From Alphaproteobacteria bacterium (GTDB lineage Bacteria; Pseudomonadota; Alphaproteobacteria; SHVV01), in contig OZ253470.1 in assembly GCA_965261735.1 (NCBI GenBank), positions 1,248,001-1,312,000 on the forward strand: a stretch of 64,000 nucleotides of DNA. Direction: 5' to 3'. A program made the position numbers and the translations under genes. Under the pieces are notes generated by a model. That model was given only the letters and a program-made list of their open reading frames with translations. It was not told the DNA's origin and did no database searches. Positions 21,379 through 30,962 of this stretch are shown here, piece after piece (the first letter of the stretch is position 1; each line of letters begins with the position of its first letter).

Positions 21379-22638
21379 TCACAGGCTGCCCAGGAGGCGC
21401 AGCGGCTGGCTCAGATATCCGGCGAGGCTCGAGATGAAGGCGCCGATTTCCGCGCCGTCGTTGACGCGGTGGTCGAACGAGGCGACGACCGGCAGGATCC
21501 GGCGCACCGCGGGCGCGCCGTCGACCGGTACGACCGCCTCGTGGATGCGCCCGAACCCGGCAATCGCGACCTCGGGCGGGCGGATGATCGGCGTGCCCCG
21601 GACCCCGCCGTAGGAGCCGAAGTTCGAGATCGTGAAGGTGCCCTGGCCGAGGTCGGCGAGGCTCACCTTGCGCTCGCGCGTCGCTTCGGCGAGCCGCTCG
21701 ATCTCCGCCGCCAGCTCGAAGACGGATTTGGTATCGGCATCGTGGATCACGGGGACGATGAGGCCGTCCGGCGTCGCCGTCGCGACGCCGATGTTGTAGC
21801 GATGGCGGTGGATGATCTCCTCGCGCGCCAGGTCGATGGTGGCGTTGAAGCTGGGGTGGCGCTTCAGCGTCGCGACCACCGCCTTGACGAACAGCGGCAG
21901 GTACGTGATGCGCGGGCCGCCGTCGGCCACCTCGTCCTGCAGGCTCTGTCGTGCCTTGACGAGCTCGCTCGCATCGACGTCGCGGAAATCGAACACGTGC
22001 GGGATGTTCTGCCACGCCTCGGTCATGCTCTTGGCGACCTGCCGGCGCAGGCCGCGCAGCGCCACCACCCTGTCCTCGCCCTCGGGCCGCGCCGGGGCCG
22101 CGGGCGCCTGCACGGGTGCCGCCAGCGCCGGCTTGGCCGCGGGTGCCTGGGCGGCGCCCTCGACGTCGGCGCGCGTGATCTGGCCACGTGGGCCCGATCC
22201 GGCTACCGCGGCGAGGTCGACGCCGAGCTCGACCGCGAGCTTGCGCGTCGCCGGCGCCGCCAGCACGCGCTTGGGCGCGGCATCGGAAGGCGTTGTGGTC
22301 GCCGGCTCGGCGGGGGCCACGGGCGCTGCAACCCTGGGTGTGGGCGCCGGCGACGGTGTTGCCGATGCCTCCATGGGTGCGACCGCCTTGATCTCGCCCT
22401 CCGTCTCGATCACCGCGAGCAGGTTGCCGACCGGCACGATGTCGCCTGGGTTACCGCCGAACTCGCTGACGACGCCGCTGACCGGTGCGGGGATCTCGAC
22501 CACGGCCTTGTCCGTCTCGACCTCGACGAGCACCGCGTCGGCCGTCACCGGCGCGCCGAGCTCGGCATGCCAGCGCACGATCTCGCCTTCGCTCAGGCCC
22601 TCGCCGATGTCTGGCAAGTTGAAGCGATAGGCGCCCAT
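21379..22638 (-). CDS. 2-oxoacid dehydrogenase E2 dihydrolipoamide acyltransferase
   Basis: LPDIGEG, lipoyl motif EVETDKA, E3-binding LAAPATRKLA and FDHRVNDG. Confidence 0.92.
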   Translation of the reverse strand: MGAYRFNLPDIGEGLSEGEIVRWHAELGAPVTADAVLVEVETDKAVVEIPAPVSGVVSEFGGNPGDIVPVGNLLAVIETEGEIKAVAPMEASATPSPAPTPRVAAPVAPAEPATTTPSDAAPKRVLAAPATRKLAVELGVDLAAVAGSGPRGQITRADVEGAAQAPAAKPALAAPVQAPAAPARPEGEDRVVALRGLRRQVAKSMTEAWQNIPHVFDFRDVDASELVKARQSLQDEVADGGPRITYLPLFVKAVVATLKRHPSFNATIDLAREEIIHRHRYNIGVATATPDGLIVPVIHDADTKSVFELAAEIERLAEATRERKVSLADLGQGTFTISNFGSYGGVRGTPIIRPPEVAIAGFGRIHEAVVPVDGAPAVRRILPVVASFDHRVNDGAEIGAFISSLAGYLSQPLRLLGSL

Positions 22639-23615
22639 CAGGCGGCCGCGGTTTCTTGCGCAGCCTGGACGACCTGATCGGCGTTGGGGATGTAGAAGTC
22701 TTCGAGGCCGGCGAGCGGGTAGGGCGCATCGGGCGCGGTCACGCGCCGCACCGGCGCCTCGAGCGAATAGAACGCCTGCTCCTGGAGGATGGCGATGACC
22801 TCGGCGCCGAAGCCCGAGGTCGCCGGCGACTCGTGCACGACGACGCAACGCCCGGTCTTCTCGACCGCTTGCACGAGGCCGTCGACATCGAGCGGCACCA
22901 GCGTGCGCAGGTCGATGACGTGGGCGCTGATCCCCTGCTCGGCCAGCGTCTCGGCCGCCTTTTCCGCCACCGGAACCGATCCGCTCCAGGCCACGATCGT
23001 CAAGTCCGTGCCCTCGCGCACCACGCGCAGCTGGCCGAACGGCACGGTGTAGTCCTCCTCCGGCACCTCGCCCGTGATCAGCCGATAGCCGCGCAGCGGC
23101 TCGAGGAAGAGGACCGGGTCGGGGTCGCGGATCGCCTCCAGCAGCAGCCCCTTGGCATCGTAAGGGTTGGCTGGCAGCACGATCTTGAGGCCCGGCGCCT
23201 GGGCGAACTGGGCCTCCATCGAATCGCTGTGCAACTCGGGCGTGCGCACGCCGCCGCCGAAGGGCGCGCGGATGACGATCTGCGCCGGCTGGGTGCCGCG
23301 CGAGCGGAAGCGGGCACGTGCGATCTGCTGCGAGATCTGATGGAACGCCTGCTGCGTAAAGCCGAGGAACTGGATTTCGGCCACCGGCACCATGCCGGCG
23401 AAGGCTAGACCCAGGGCCGACCCCGCAATCACGCTCTCCGACAGCGGCGTGTCGACCACCCGGTGGGAGCCGAAGAACTGCTGCAGGCCGTCGGTGACGC
23501 GAAAGACGCCACCGAGGTGGCCCACGTCCTCGCCGAGCAGGATGACCCGCTCATCGCGCATCATCTCGAGCTTGAGCGCGCTGCGGATCGACTCGACCAT
23601 GTTCATGGTGGCCAT
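22638..23615 (-). CDS. 2-oxoacid (pyruvate/branched-chain) dehydrogenase E1 beta subunit
   Basis: GEDVG..GGVFRVTDGL, DTPLSE, PVAEIQF and IDLRTLVPLD. Confidence 0.92.
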   Translation of the reverse strand: MATMNMVESIRSALKLEMMRDERVILLGEDVGHLGGVFRVTDGLQQFFGSHRVVDTPLSESVIAGSALGLAFAGMVPVAEIQFLGFTQQAFHQISQQIARARFRSRGTQPAQIVIRAPFGGGVRTPELHSDSMEAQFAQAPGLKIVLPANPYDAKGLLLEAIRDPDPVLFLEPLRGYRLITGEVPEEDYTVPFGQLRVVREGTDLTIVAWSGSVPVAEKAAETLAEQGISAHVIDLRTLVPLDVDGLVQAVEKTGRCVVVHESPATSGFGAEVIAILQEQAFYSLEAPVRRVTAPDAPYPLAGLEDFYIPNADQVVQAAQETAAA

Positions 23616-23626
23616 GACGCCCTCCC

Positions 23627-24709
23627 TCACTCGCCGAGGTGGGCGCGCCGCTGGCGCTCCAGCGTCGGCGTGATCTCGGCGTAGACGTGCTCGTAGAGGT
23701 CGCTGGCGCCGGCCGGCGGAAACGCCGCCGCGCGCTCGAACGCGGCGTCGACCTCGGCCGCCAGCTCCTCATCCCACTGGGCCGCGATCTTGTTGCTCCA
23801 CTTGCCCTTGGCAGCAAGGTGTTTCTGCACCCGGTCGATGGGATCGCGCTTTTTCCAACGTTCGAGCACCGCGGGCTCGACATAGCGCGTCGGATCGTCG
23901 GCGGTCGTGTGCGCCCACATGCGGTAGGTGCGGGCCTCGATGAGGGTCGGCCCCTCGCCGGCCCGCGCGCGCGCCACCGCCTGCGCCGCCACGGCGTGCA
24001 TGGCGAACAGGTCGTTGCCGTCGACGGCGTAGCCGGGAAAGCCGTAGCCCGGCGCGCGCGATGCGAGGTCGGCGGTGGCGCTCTGGATTTCGCGCGGCGT
24101 CGAGATCGCCCAGCCGTTGTTCTGCAACAGAAAGATGACCGGCGCCTTGACCACGCCGGCGAGGTTGCAGGCCTCGTGAAAGTCGCCTTCGGAGGACGCG
24201 CCGTCACCGAAATAGACGATGACCACGCCGTCCTTGCCGCGCAGCTTGAGGCCCCACGCAAGACCGACCGCGTGCGGGATTTGCGCGGCCAGCGAGATTT
24301 GGTGGACGACCAGATTGATACCCTCGGGAATGGCGGCGCCCTGGGGATGGCCCATGCGGTAGAGCGCGACGCGCTCGAGCGGATAGTCCTGATGGAGCAG
24401 CGCCGGCAGCTCGCGGTACTGAGGCACCACCCAGTCGCGCGCCGGGTCGAGCGCCAGCGCCGCGCCGAGGATCGAGGCCTCCTGGCCGACCATGGGCGCG
24501 AAGGTGCCGAGCCGCCCCTGGCGCTGCAGGCTGAAGCATTTGCCGTCGAAGGCGCGCGCCAGCATCATCAGCCGCAGCGCGGCGAGGATCTCCTTGTCGC
24601 GCAGGCCCACCTTGGCACCGTTCCTCAGCTTGCCCTTCTCGTCGAGCAGGCTGATGGGCGCCACCGGCTTGTCGCTGGGCGTGAACTGCGGCGTTACTTT
24701 CACCGTCAT
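23627..24709 (-). CDS. 2-oxoacid (pyruvate/branched-chain) dehydrogenase E1 alpha subunit
   Basis: LQRQGRLG..GQEA, TPP motif GDGASSEGDFHEACN...NNGWAIS and HTTADDP. Confidence 0.92.
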   Translation of the reverse strand: MTVKVTPQFTPSDKPVAPISLLDEKGKLRNGAKVGLRDKEILAALRLMMLARAFDGKCFSLQRQGRLGTFAPMVGQEASILGAALALDPARDWVVPQYRELPALLHQDYPLERVALYRMGHPQGAAIPEGINLVVHQISLAAQIPHAVGLAWGLKLRGKDGVVIVYFGDGASSEGDFHEACNLAGVVKAPVIFLLQNNGWAISTPREIQSATADLASRAPGYGFPGYAVDGNDLFAMHAVAAQAVARARAGEGPTLIEARTYRMWAHTTADDPTRYVEPAVLERWKKRDPIDRVQKHLAAKGKWSNKIAAQWDEELAAEVDAAFERAAAFPPAGASDLYEHVYAEITPTLERQRRAHLGE

Positions 24710-24824
24710 CGATGTCACCTTGCGTGGCCGGGCTTGCGGCGACCCTACCCGCCTATAGATGGAGATACGGCGAGAGTCTAGCCAGTGGCGCGCCATCCCA
24801 CAACCGCGCGCCGGCTAACGCCTT

Positions 24825-25031
24825 CTATTCAAGGGCGATATCGCCCTCGATGACGTGACGAAGCCCGAGGGCGTCGATCGAGAGCTCGGCCCGCGCCTGG
24901 AGCCGCGCATCCGCAGGAATCGTTCCCGCCGCGAGCGCCGCCTGGGTCGCGCGCTCGATCTCGCGCTGCGCGCCGATGCCGAGCTGCTTCAGAAACTTGC
25001 GGATTTCCATGTTAAAGACTTCCTCGTTCAT
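24825..25031 (-). CDS. Small conserved protein (DUF6494-like)
   Basis: MNEEVFNMEIRKFLKQLGI..QREIE...HVIEGDIALE; RBS GGAGGGAAGG. Confidence 0.75.
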   Translation of the reverse strand: MNEEVFNMEIRKFLKQLGIGAQREIERATQAALAAGTIPADARLQARAELSIDALGLRHVIEGDIALE

Positions 25032-25070
25032 CCCTTCCCTCCATTGCGCCTGCCGGCCGAGGACCGTGCG

Positions 25071-26303
25071 TTGAACTACCTGACCTTTGCGCTCGCCAAC
25101 TGGCGCTTCCTCGGCTTCGGTTTCTTCATCACCGGTTTCGCGGGCATCGGCCAGACCTTTTTCATCGCCCTGTTCAGCGCCGAGATCAGATCTGAATTCG
25201 GCTTGTCGCACGGGACGTTCGGCCTCGTCTACGCCCTCGCTACCGCGGCCAGCGCGCTGGCCCTAATGTGGACCGGACGCAAGATCGATAACATCGACTT
25301 GCGGCTCTACAGCGCGCTGGCGTGCGGCGCACTGGTTCTCGCCTGTTTCATGATCGGACTCGCGCACTCCGTGGCCTTGCTGGTCGCGGCGGTGTTCCTG
25401 CTGCGCCACGCGGGCCAGGGCCTGATGACCCACATCGCCAATACCAGCATGGCGCGCTACTTCGAGCTCGGGCGCGGCAAGGCGCTGAGCATCGCCTCGC
25501 TCGGCCTGCCGGCCGCGGTCGCCCTGTTCCCGATCGTCGCCGTGGCGCTCGTCCACTCGGTGGGCTGGCGCGCGGGCTGGCTGGTGATCGGCGCCGGGCT
25601 CGCTGTAGGGCTGGTGCCGCTGGTGCTGTGGCTGCTGCGCGGCCAGGCCGAGCGCCACCGAGCTCTTGTGGCCCGCGTGGCGCTTGCGGTCGGGGACTCG
25701 AGCGAGGCCCAGTGGTCGCGCCGGGAGGTTCTCGGTGACCTGCGCTTCTACCTCCTCGTGCCGGTCGTGCTCGCCTATCCCTTCACCCTGGCCGGATTCT
25801 TTTTTCACCAGGTCCACCTCGCCGAAAGCAAGGGCTGGAGCCTCACCTGGCTGGCCACGATCTATGTCGGCTTTGCTGTCGCCACGGTGCTCGCATCGCT
25901 CGTCACCGGACCGCTGGTCGACCGCTGGGGCGCGCGCCGCCTGATGCCCTATCACGTCCTGCCGGTGGCGCTCGGGCTGCTGGTGCTGGCGGCCTTCGAT
26001 CACCCTTATGCGGGCGCGCTGTATATGATCCTCGCCGGCACCAGCTCGGCCGCCGGGCGATGCGTGATCGGCGCCGTGTGGCCCGAGATCTACGGCGTCG
26101 CCCACCTCGGCGCCATCCGCGCGCTGGTCACCGCCTTGATGGTGGTCGCCAGCGCGCTTTCACCGCTTATCATGGGCCTGCTGATCGATCGCGGCGTATC
26201 GATCGAGGCGATTTCCGTGGGCATGGCGGCTTATATCGGAGCTGCGGCCGTGCTCGCGCTGGTACCGGCAATGAGCGGCCCGTCCTCTCTGGCGCGCGCC
26301 TAG
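25071..26303 (+). CDS. MFS transporter
   Basis: About 12 TM helices, GQTFFI, G..ID motif A, RGKAL and YGVAHLGAIR; TTG start inferred. Confidence 0.88.
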   Translation: MNYLTFALANWRFLGFGFFITGFAGIGQTFFIALFSAEIRSEFGLSHGTFGLVYALATAASALALMWTGRKIDNIDLRLYSALACGALVLACFMIGLAHSVALLVAAVFLLRHAGQGLMTHIANTSMARYFELGRGKALSIASLGLPAAVALFPIVAVALVHSVGWRAGWLVIGAGLAVGLVPLVLWLLRGQAERHRALVARVALAVGDSSEAQWSRREVLGDLRFYLLVPVVLAYPFTLAGFFFHQVHLAESKGWSLTWLATIYVGFAVATVLASLVTGPLVDRWGARRLMPYHVLPVALGLLVLAAFDHPYAGALYMILAGTSSAAGRCVIGAVWPEIYGVAHLGAIRALVTALMVVASALSPLIMGLLIDRGVSIEAISVGMAAYIGAAAVLALVPAMSGPSSLARA

Positions 26304-26307
26304 GGCA

Positions 26308-26931
26308 ATGGAGAACCCTCTTCGGCCCGATCACTTTCGCCGCATGGACGAATCGGGCGATGCCCGCTTCTACGTCGAGCCGCGCCTGGTCACCCACATC
26401 GACCCGCCGGCCTGCGCCGCGCTCGCCCGGCACTACGCCGCGCTCCTGCCACCAGGTGGCGACATCCTCGATCTGATGTCGAGCTGTGTTTCGCACCTGC
26501 CCGAGGACGCCCCCTACCGCAGCGTGGTCGGGCTCGGCATGAACGCCGTCGAGCTCGCGGCCAATCCCAGGCTCACCGGGGCGCTGGTCCACAATCTCAA
26601 CCAGACGCCCGGGCTGCCCTTCGCGGCAGCGAGCTTCGATGCCTGCGTGCTCGCGGTCTCGGTGCAGTATCTCGTCTCGCCGATCGCGGTGTTCGCGGAC
26701 ATGGGCCGCGTCCTCAGACCCGGTGCGCGCCTTGCCGTCAGCTACTCCAACCGCATGTTTCCGACCAAGGCGGTGGCCCTGTGGCAAAGCCTGCGCGATG
26801 CCGAGCGGGCCAAGCTGATCGCCCTCTATCTCGAGCTCGCGGGCGCCTTCGGCGACATCGGATTCGTCGATCTGTCGCCGGCGCCGGGGCGCTCGGACCC
26901 GCTCTACGCCGTCGTTGCGACGCGGACCTGA
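26308..26931 (+). CDS. Class I SAM-dependent methyltransferase (type 11)
   Basis: FY.EPRLVTHID, ILDLMSS.VSHLP, GMNAVEL..N and FPTKAV. Confidence 0.88.
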   Translation: MENPLRPDHFRRMDESGDARFYVEPRLVTHIDPPACAALARHYAALLPPGGDILDLMSSCVSHLPEDAPYRSVVGLGMNAVELAANPRLTGALVHNLNQTPGLPFAAASFDACVLAVSVQYLVSPIAVFADMGRVLRPGARLAVSYSNRMFPTKAVALWQSLRDAERAKLIALYLELAGAFGDIGFVDLSPAPGRSDPLYAVVATRT

Positions 26932-27010
26932 GTGCCGGCGCCCTTACGCGCATGTTGGGCAAGAAAAGGGCCGGCTTTGGGCCGGCCCTTTCCGCGAAGG
27001 TGTGTGCGGC

Positions 27011-28027
27011 CTAACTTGCGCCGCCGCCCATCACGTAGTCGTTCGAGTAGAAGTCGGTTGGCTTGGAGGCGGCGTCGATCAGCTTGGCGCCGATGATGAG
27101 GTCGATCGCGGCCTTCCAGTCGGACGGCGAGTGCCAGCCGAGCGGCTTGCCCGCAGTCGATGGCGTCGACAAGAACGCTTGGAAGCTGTCGATGGTGCCG
27201 CGGACCGAGCCCTCGGTGAGCTTGGTGTCGGGCCGCATCTTGGCGAAGATCGCCACCGTTTCGGCCTGGTTGCCGTCGTAGATCCACGCCAAGGTCTTGA
27301 AAAAGACCTGGACGAAGTCGCGCACGGCCTGTGGGTTCTTCTTGACGAAGTCCGAGTTGGCGACGAGGCCGAAGCCGGGCAGCGGGACCCCATAGTCGGC
27401 GAACAGGATGGCGTTGGAGGGCAACTTGTTGGCCAGCACGGGCAGGTAGTACGGCGCGGTCGACAGCATCGCGTCCGCTTCCCGGGCGACGTAGGTCGAG
27501 GTTTTGACCTTGGACGAGACGCCGATCACGGTCAGCTTGTCGCGGCTGGTGCCGCCCGCCTTGAGGAAGGTGTCGAAGAACGGGTCGGTGAAGCCGCCCG
27601 GCGTGAGCAGCACCTTCTTGCCCTCGAGGTCCTTGGGCGTCTTGATGCCGGAATCCTTTGGCACCAGCACGGCAACGTCGCTGCGCCGTACGATGTGGCC
27701 GACCGAGATCACGGGCAGGCCCTTGTTCTTGGCCAGCACCATGGCCGAGAGGTTGGCGTGGCCGATGTCGTACTTGCCGGCACCCACGAGGGTGATGGTC
27801 TTGCTCGAGCCGTTGCCGTCGTCGACCGAGACGTCGAGGCCCTTCTCCTTGAACCAGCCCTTTTCGACGGCGACGAAGAAGGGGGCGTGCAGGCCGTAGG
27901 CGGCCCAGTCGAGGCGCGCCCGCACCTTGGTATCGGCTGAAGCGGCGCTCATCGTGGCGACCGCCACGAGCGCCACGACAGGCAGGGCGATGCCGAGGTA
28001 CGCGTGGACGCGAGACAGGTATCTCAT
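27011..28027 (-). CDS. ABC transporter substrate-binding protein, NMT1/THI5-like
   Basis: Signal peptide; RLDW...HAPFFVAVEKGWF..GLDV and SGIKTPKDLEGKK. Confidence 0.88.
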   Translation of the reverse strand: MRYLSRVHAYLGIALPVVALVAVATMSAASADTKVRARLDWAAYGLHAPFFVAVEKGWFKEKGLDVSVDDGNGSSKTITLVGAGKYDIGHANLSAMVLAKNKGLPVISVGHIVRRSDVAVLVPKDSGIKTPKDLEGKKVLLTPGGFTDPFFDTFLKAGGTSRDKLTVIGVSSKVKTSTYVAREADAMLSTAPYYLPVLANKLPSNAILFADYGVPLPGFGLVANSDFVKKNPQAVRDFVQVFFKTLAWIYDGNQAETVAIFAKMRPDTKLTEGSVRGTIDSFQAFLSTPSTAGKPLGWHSPSDWKAAIDLIIGAKLIDAASKPTDFYSNDYVMGGGAS

Positions 28028-28187
28028 TCGGTCTTCCTCCCGAGTTGGATCTTGCCTACGGACCGGTTCTGCGACGGCGCCGTGGCGGAAACTGCGGGCC
28101 GCAGGCGGGTCGTCCGCCCCGGCTTCATTCGCGGGCGAGCCTAAGGCAAACGCCGCGCCCTGACAATGCGCCCTGATTCGAGGGGGC

Positions 28188-28726
28188 CTAAACGGCCGCA
28201 CCAATCGAGTCGGCGCTTCGCGAATCGAGCCCCAACGTCTCTTCGCACCGCGCGACCCATCTCTCGACGTTCGGTCTCGTCGAGAGATCAAATCCGCCTT
28301 CATGCGCCAGCCGCGTGTAGGCGACGACGGCGATATCGGCCACCGTGAATTGGGCTGCCGCCAGCCAGTCCTTGCCATCGATCATCTTGTCCAACTGATC
28401 GAGCGCGTTTTCGCCTCTCTCGACGCGCCAGCGCTCCCGCTCTTCGATGGATTTCTTGAGAAAGAGCATTTGGTATCTGCACACGGCGATGTACGGCTCG
28501 TGACTGTACTGTTCCCAGAAAAGAAACTCGCCGACCTTGGCGCGGTCGAAGGCGTCGACGGGAAGCAATGGAGTGCCGTCGGCAAGGAACTGAATGATGG
28601 CGTTCGATTGGGCGAGGATCCGCCCGTCCTCGAGTTCGATGACGGGAACCTGCCCGGCAGGGTTGATCGACAGAAAAACCCTTGTCCTGCTTTCATCCCT
28701 GGTGATGTCGATCGATATCCAATCCT
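28188..28726 (-). pseudogene. Glutathione S-transferase lacking its N-terminus (cut at an IS1595 end)
   Basis: INPAGQVPVIELEDGRILAQSNAII, FWEQYSHEPYIA and ADIAVVAYT; no start codon or first ~20 aa. Confidence 0.8.
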
Positions 28727-29184
28727 TGCCTATCCGGTTAACGCCCATGACCGCTACATGTAGGGTGCCACCACTCTCCCGCGTAAAGCTCGGCATAGGT
28801 TGGAGCAGAGGTGTCGCCCGCGATGCCGAGCAATGAGCGGAAGCGTTGAACGGGTAGAACCGCCTGTTGAAGCGGAAGGTGAACTCGTTGAGGTAGGCTT
28901 GTAGGTGCTGGTGGCTAACGCCGTGGTGGATACCGATCAGCCACGTCTTCAGGTTGGCGAAAACCAGATGGATGATCGGCAGGTATTGCTCGGCAACCTC
29001 TGGATCACCACACTCGGCAACAGCGAAGTGCTCATAGCCGCGCTTACCGAGGCCAGCATAGCCGCTCCAATCGTCAGTAACGATCAGCGATCGCGGCGCG
29101 ACGGTGCTCTCGACGAACCCACAGAGCGACTCGGCGCTACGGTCGAGCACGACGGCGAGCCGAACGCGTCCGGCATAGCGTCCG
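28727..29184 (-). mobile_element. IS1595-family remnant (3' half of the transposase plus right end)
   Basis: IVTDDWSGY, FANLKTWLIGIHHGVSHQHLQAYLNEFTFRFNRR; frameshift near 28842; terminus ...TAACCGGATAGGCA at 28727. Confidence 0.8.
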
Positions 29185-29817
29185 TGGGTTGGCGAGATCG
29201 AGGCCCTCCATGAGGGCCACGTACTCCTCGACCGACTTGACCTGAAGCCTCGGGTTGTGGGCGCGCTCCTCGCCGATGGTGCTGACCGTATCGCCCTTGT
29301 AGTCGTGACCGGGATAGACGAGCGTCTCGTCGGGCAGCTTCAAGAGCTTGTTGAACAAGGAGTCGTAGGCGGCGCCGGGATCGCCGTTCTGGAAGTCGGT
29401 GCGGCCGGTGCCGCGGATGAGCAGCGTATCGCCGGTGAAGACCCGGTCGGGCATGCAAAAGCAGTAGGAATCGGCGGTGTGCCCGGGCGTGTGCATGACC
29501 TCCAGCGTCACCCCGTCGACCTCGATCGTATCGCCGTCCTCGACCCGCATCGAAACCACGTCGACCGCCGCGGCCGCGCCCATCACGGTGATGCACTTGG
29601 TGCGGTCGCGCAGGGCACCGAGGCCGGTGATGTGATCGGCATGGACGTGCGTGTCGACCGCCTTCACCAGGCGCAGCTCGAACTCGGAGATAAGCTGGAG
29701 GTAGCGCTCGAGGCGCTCGTGAACCGGGTAGATGATGAGCGCCTCGCCGCCGGGCCGTGCGGCCAGCAGGTAGGTGTAGGTCGAGGACACGTTGTCGTAG
29801 AGCTGGCGAAACAGCAT
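29185..29817 (-). pseudogene. Persulfide dioxygenase (ETHE1/Blh-like MBL fold), C-terminally truncated
   Basis: TYTYLL, DTHVHADHITG, HTPGHT, TGDTLLIRGTGRTDF and YPGHDY; after LANP the sequence runs into IS1595 DNA. Confidence 0.85.
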
Positions 29818-29843
29818 GGCGCTAGGCTCCTTGGGCCATGGCC

Positions 29844-30056
29844 CTAGGGATCGCTCGCCGGCTTCTCTTTGGCCTCATCGGCCGCTTGCCCACTCGCGCT
29901 CCCCCGCTTGAGCAGCGGCAGCGAGATCGTCACACCGACGTCGGGTCGGCTCGCGGACCCCCCAGACCCCCGGAGGCCCACCCTATCGCAGCCGCCGAGG
30001 GCAAGCGCGACGCTCAACACCGCCACGGCTCCGCACCACACGCCGATCGCACCCAT
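29844..30056 (-). CDS. Small predicted lipoprotein
   Basis: Hydrophobic stretch ending in lipobox LGG-C; fills the gap between two co-oriented genes. Confidence 0.5.
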   Translation of the reverse strand: MGAIGVWCGAVAVLSVALALGGCDRVGLRGSGGSASRPDVGVTISLPLLKRGSASGQAADEAKEKPASDP

Positions 30057-30491
30057 TCAGCCTGTGTCCGCAAAAGTCTCGGCACCGGCCAGCGCGGCGA
30101 GGCCGGCGCGCGCGACGTCGACGTCCTGCTCGCCCGTGCCCGAACCAACGCCGATGCCGCCGACGATCTCGCCCGCGATGATGATCGGCAGGCCACCCCG
30201 GAGGTTGGTGTGCTTGGCGCCCGCGGCGAGCGCCAATTTGAGCTCGACGTCGGCGGGGCGGCGCCCCGTGGGCGCGCGGTCCGAGACGGCCGTGCGCGCC
30301 TTGGCGAGCGAAGTATCGATGGACAGGATCTTGGCCCCGTCCATCCGCGCGAGGGCGAGCGCATGGCCCGCCGCGTCGACGATCGTGATGCACTGCGGCA
30401 CGCCCAGGGCGAGGGCTCGGGCGATGGCGGCGTTGAGCGCGCGAAGGGCGCCGTCGTGGGTCAGCGCGAGCCGTGAGGCGGTGTCGGGCAT
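30057..30491 (-). CDS. GlcG/HbpS family heme-binding protein
   Basis: IVDAAGH.LA..RMDGA, AKARTA and GGLPI...GEIVGGIGVGSG..EQD. Confidence 0.9.
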   Translation of the reverse strand: MPDTASRLALTHDGALRALNAAIARALALGVPQCITIVDAAGHALALARMDGAKILSIDTSLAKARTAVSDRAPTGRRPADVELKLALAAGAKHTNLRGGLPIIIAGEIVGGIGVGSGTGEQDVDVARAGLAALAGAETFADTG

Positions 30492-30695
30492 CGCGGTCCT
30501 CTCGTTCCAGAACGCCGAGCCTAGCTTAGCTCGGGGCGCGAGGCCAGGCCCCCCGGGCCCTGGCATACGCCTTGCCCCGCACCCCTCGGTATCCCCAACT
30601 CCGAGGTGCGCCGTGTACATCACCGAACAGATCTGGAAGGGCATCGTAGTCCAGTGCAACTGCGGCATGTCTTTTTTGTCAAGTCCTATCAACCG

Positions 30696-30962
30696 TGTGT
30701 GGACGCCCCCGTTGATGCAAGCAGTTTTTGGTCGGCTCGGTGCATGCGGTCAGGTGCTGTCGTGTGTCCGGCCTCTCTATGCGGCAGATGACACGCCGCG
30801 GGCCCGTATGGAGATACGCGGATTGGGTCCAAATCGGTTACGCGAGCTTGAAAGCTCTCCGTTCGGATGCTGGTTTTCCCAACCCGGTCTCGTTGACCTT
30901 TGCCCTTACCTGTCCTCCGTCGTGCCCACATCCCCGACGGCTTCCCGCACTTCGCCGTTCTC
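30696..30962 (-). ncRNA. Putative bridge RNA/seekRNA of the IS1111 element
   Basis: Structured 3' non-coding region with a 9/9 match to the target flank (30835-30843 vs 32068-32076) and a 7/7 match to the donor end (30761-30767 vs 30694-30700). Confidence 0.72.

Noticed and set aside
17444-21437. Long plus-strand ORFs (579 aa, 543 aa) and similar Arg/Ala-rich ORFs elsewhere
   Set aside because: Shadow frames of well-supported opposite-strand genes in high-GC DNA
28188-29150. 320-aa transposase-GST fusion protein
   Set aside because: Produced by a frameshift in the IS1595 remnant reading through its end into a truncated GST
30886-30900. GUCAAC as the right-target guide of the IS1111 RNA
   Set aside because: It matches the flank, but GGUCA more likely pairs with UGACC as the outer closing stem, so the match may be coincidental
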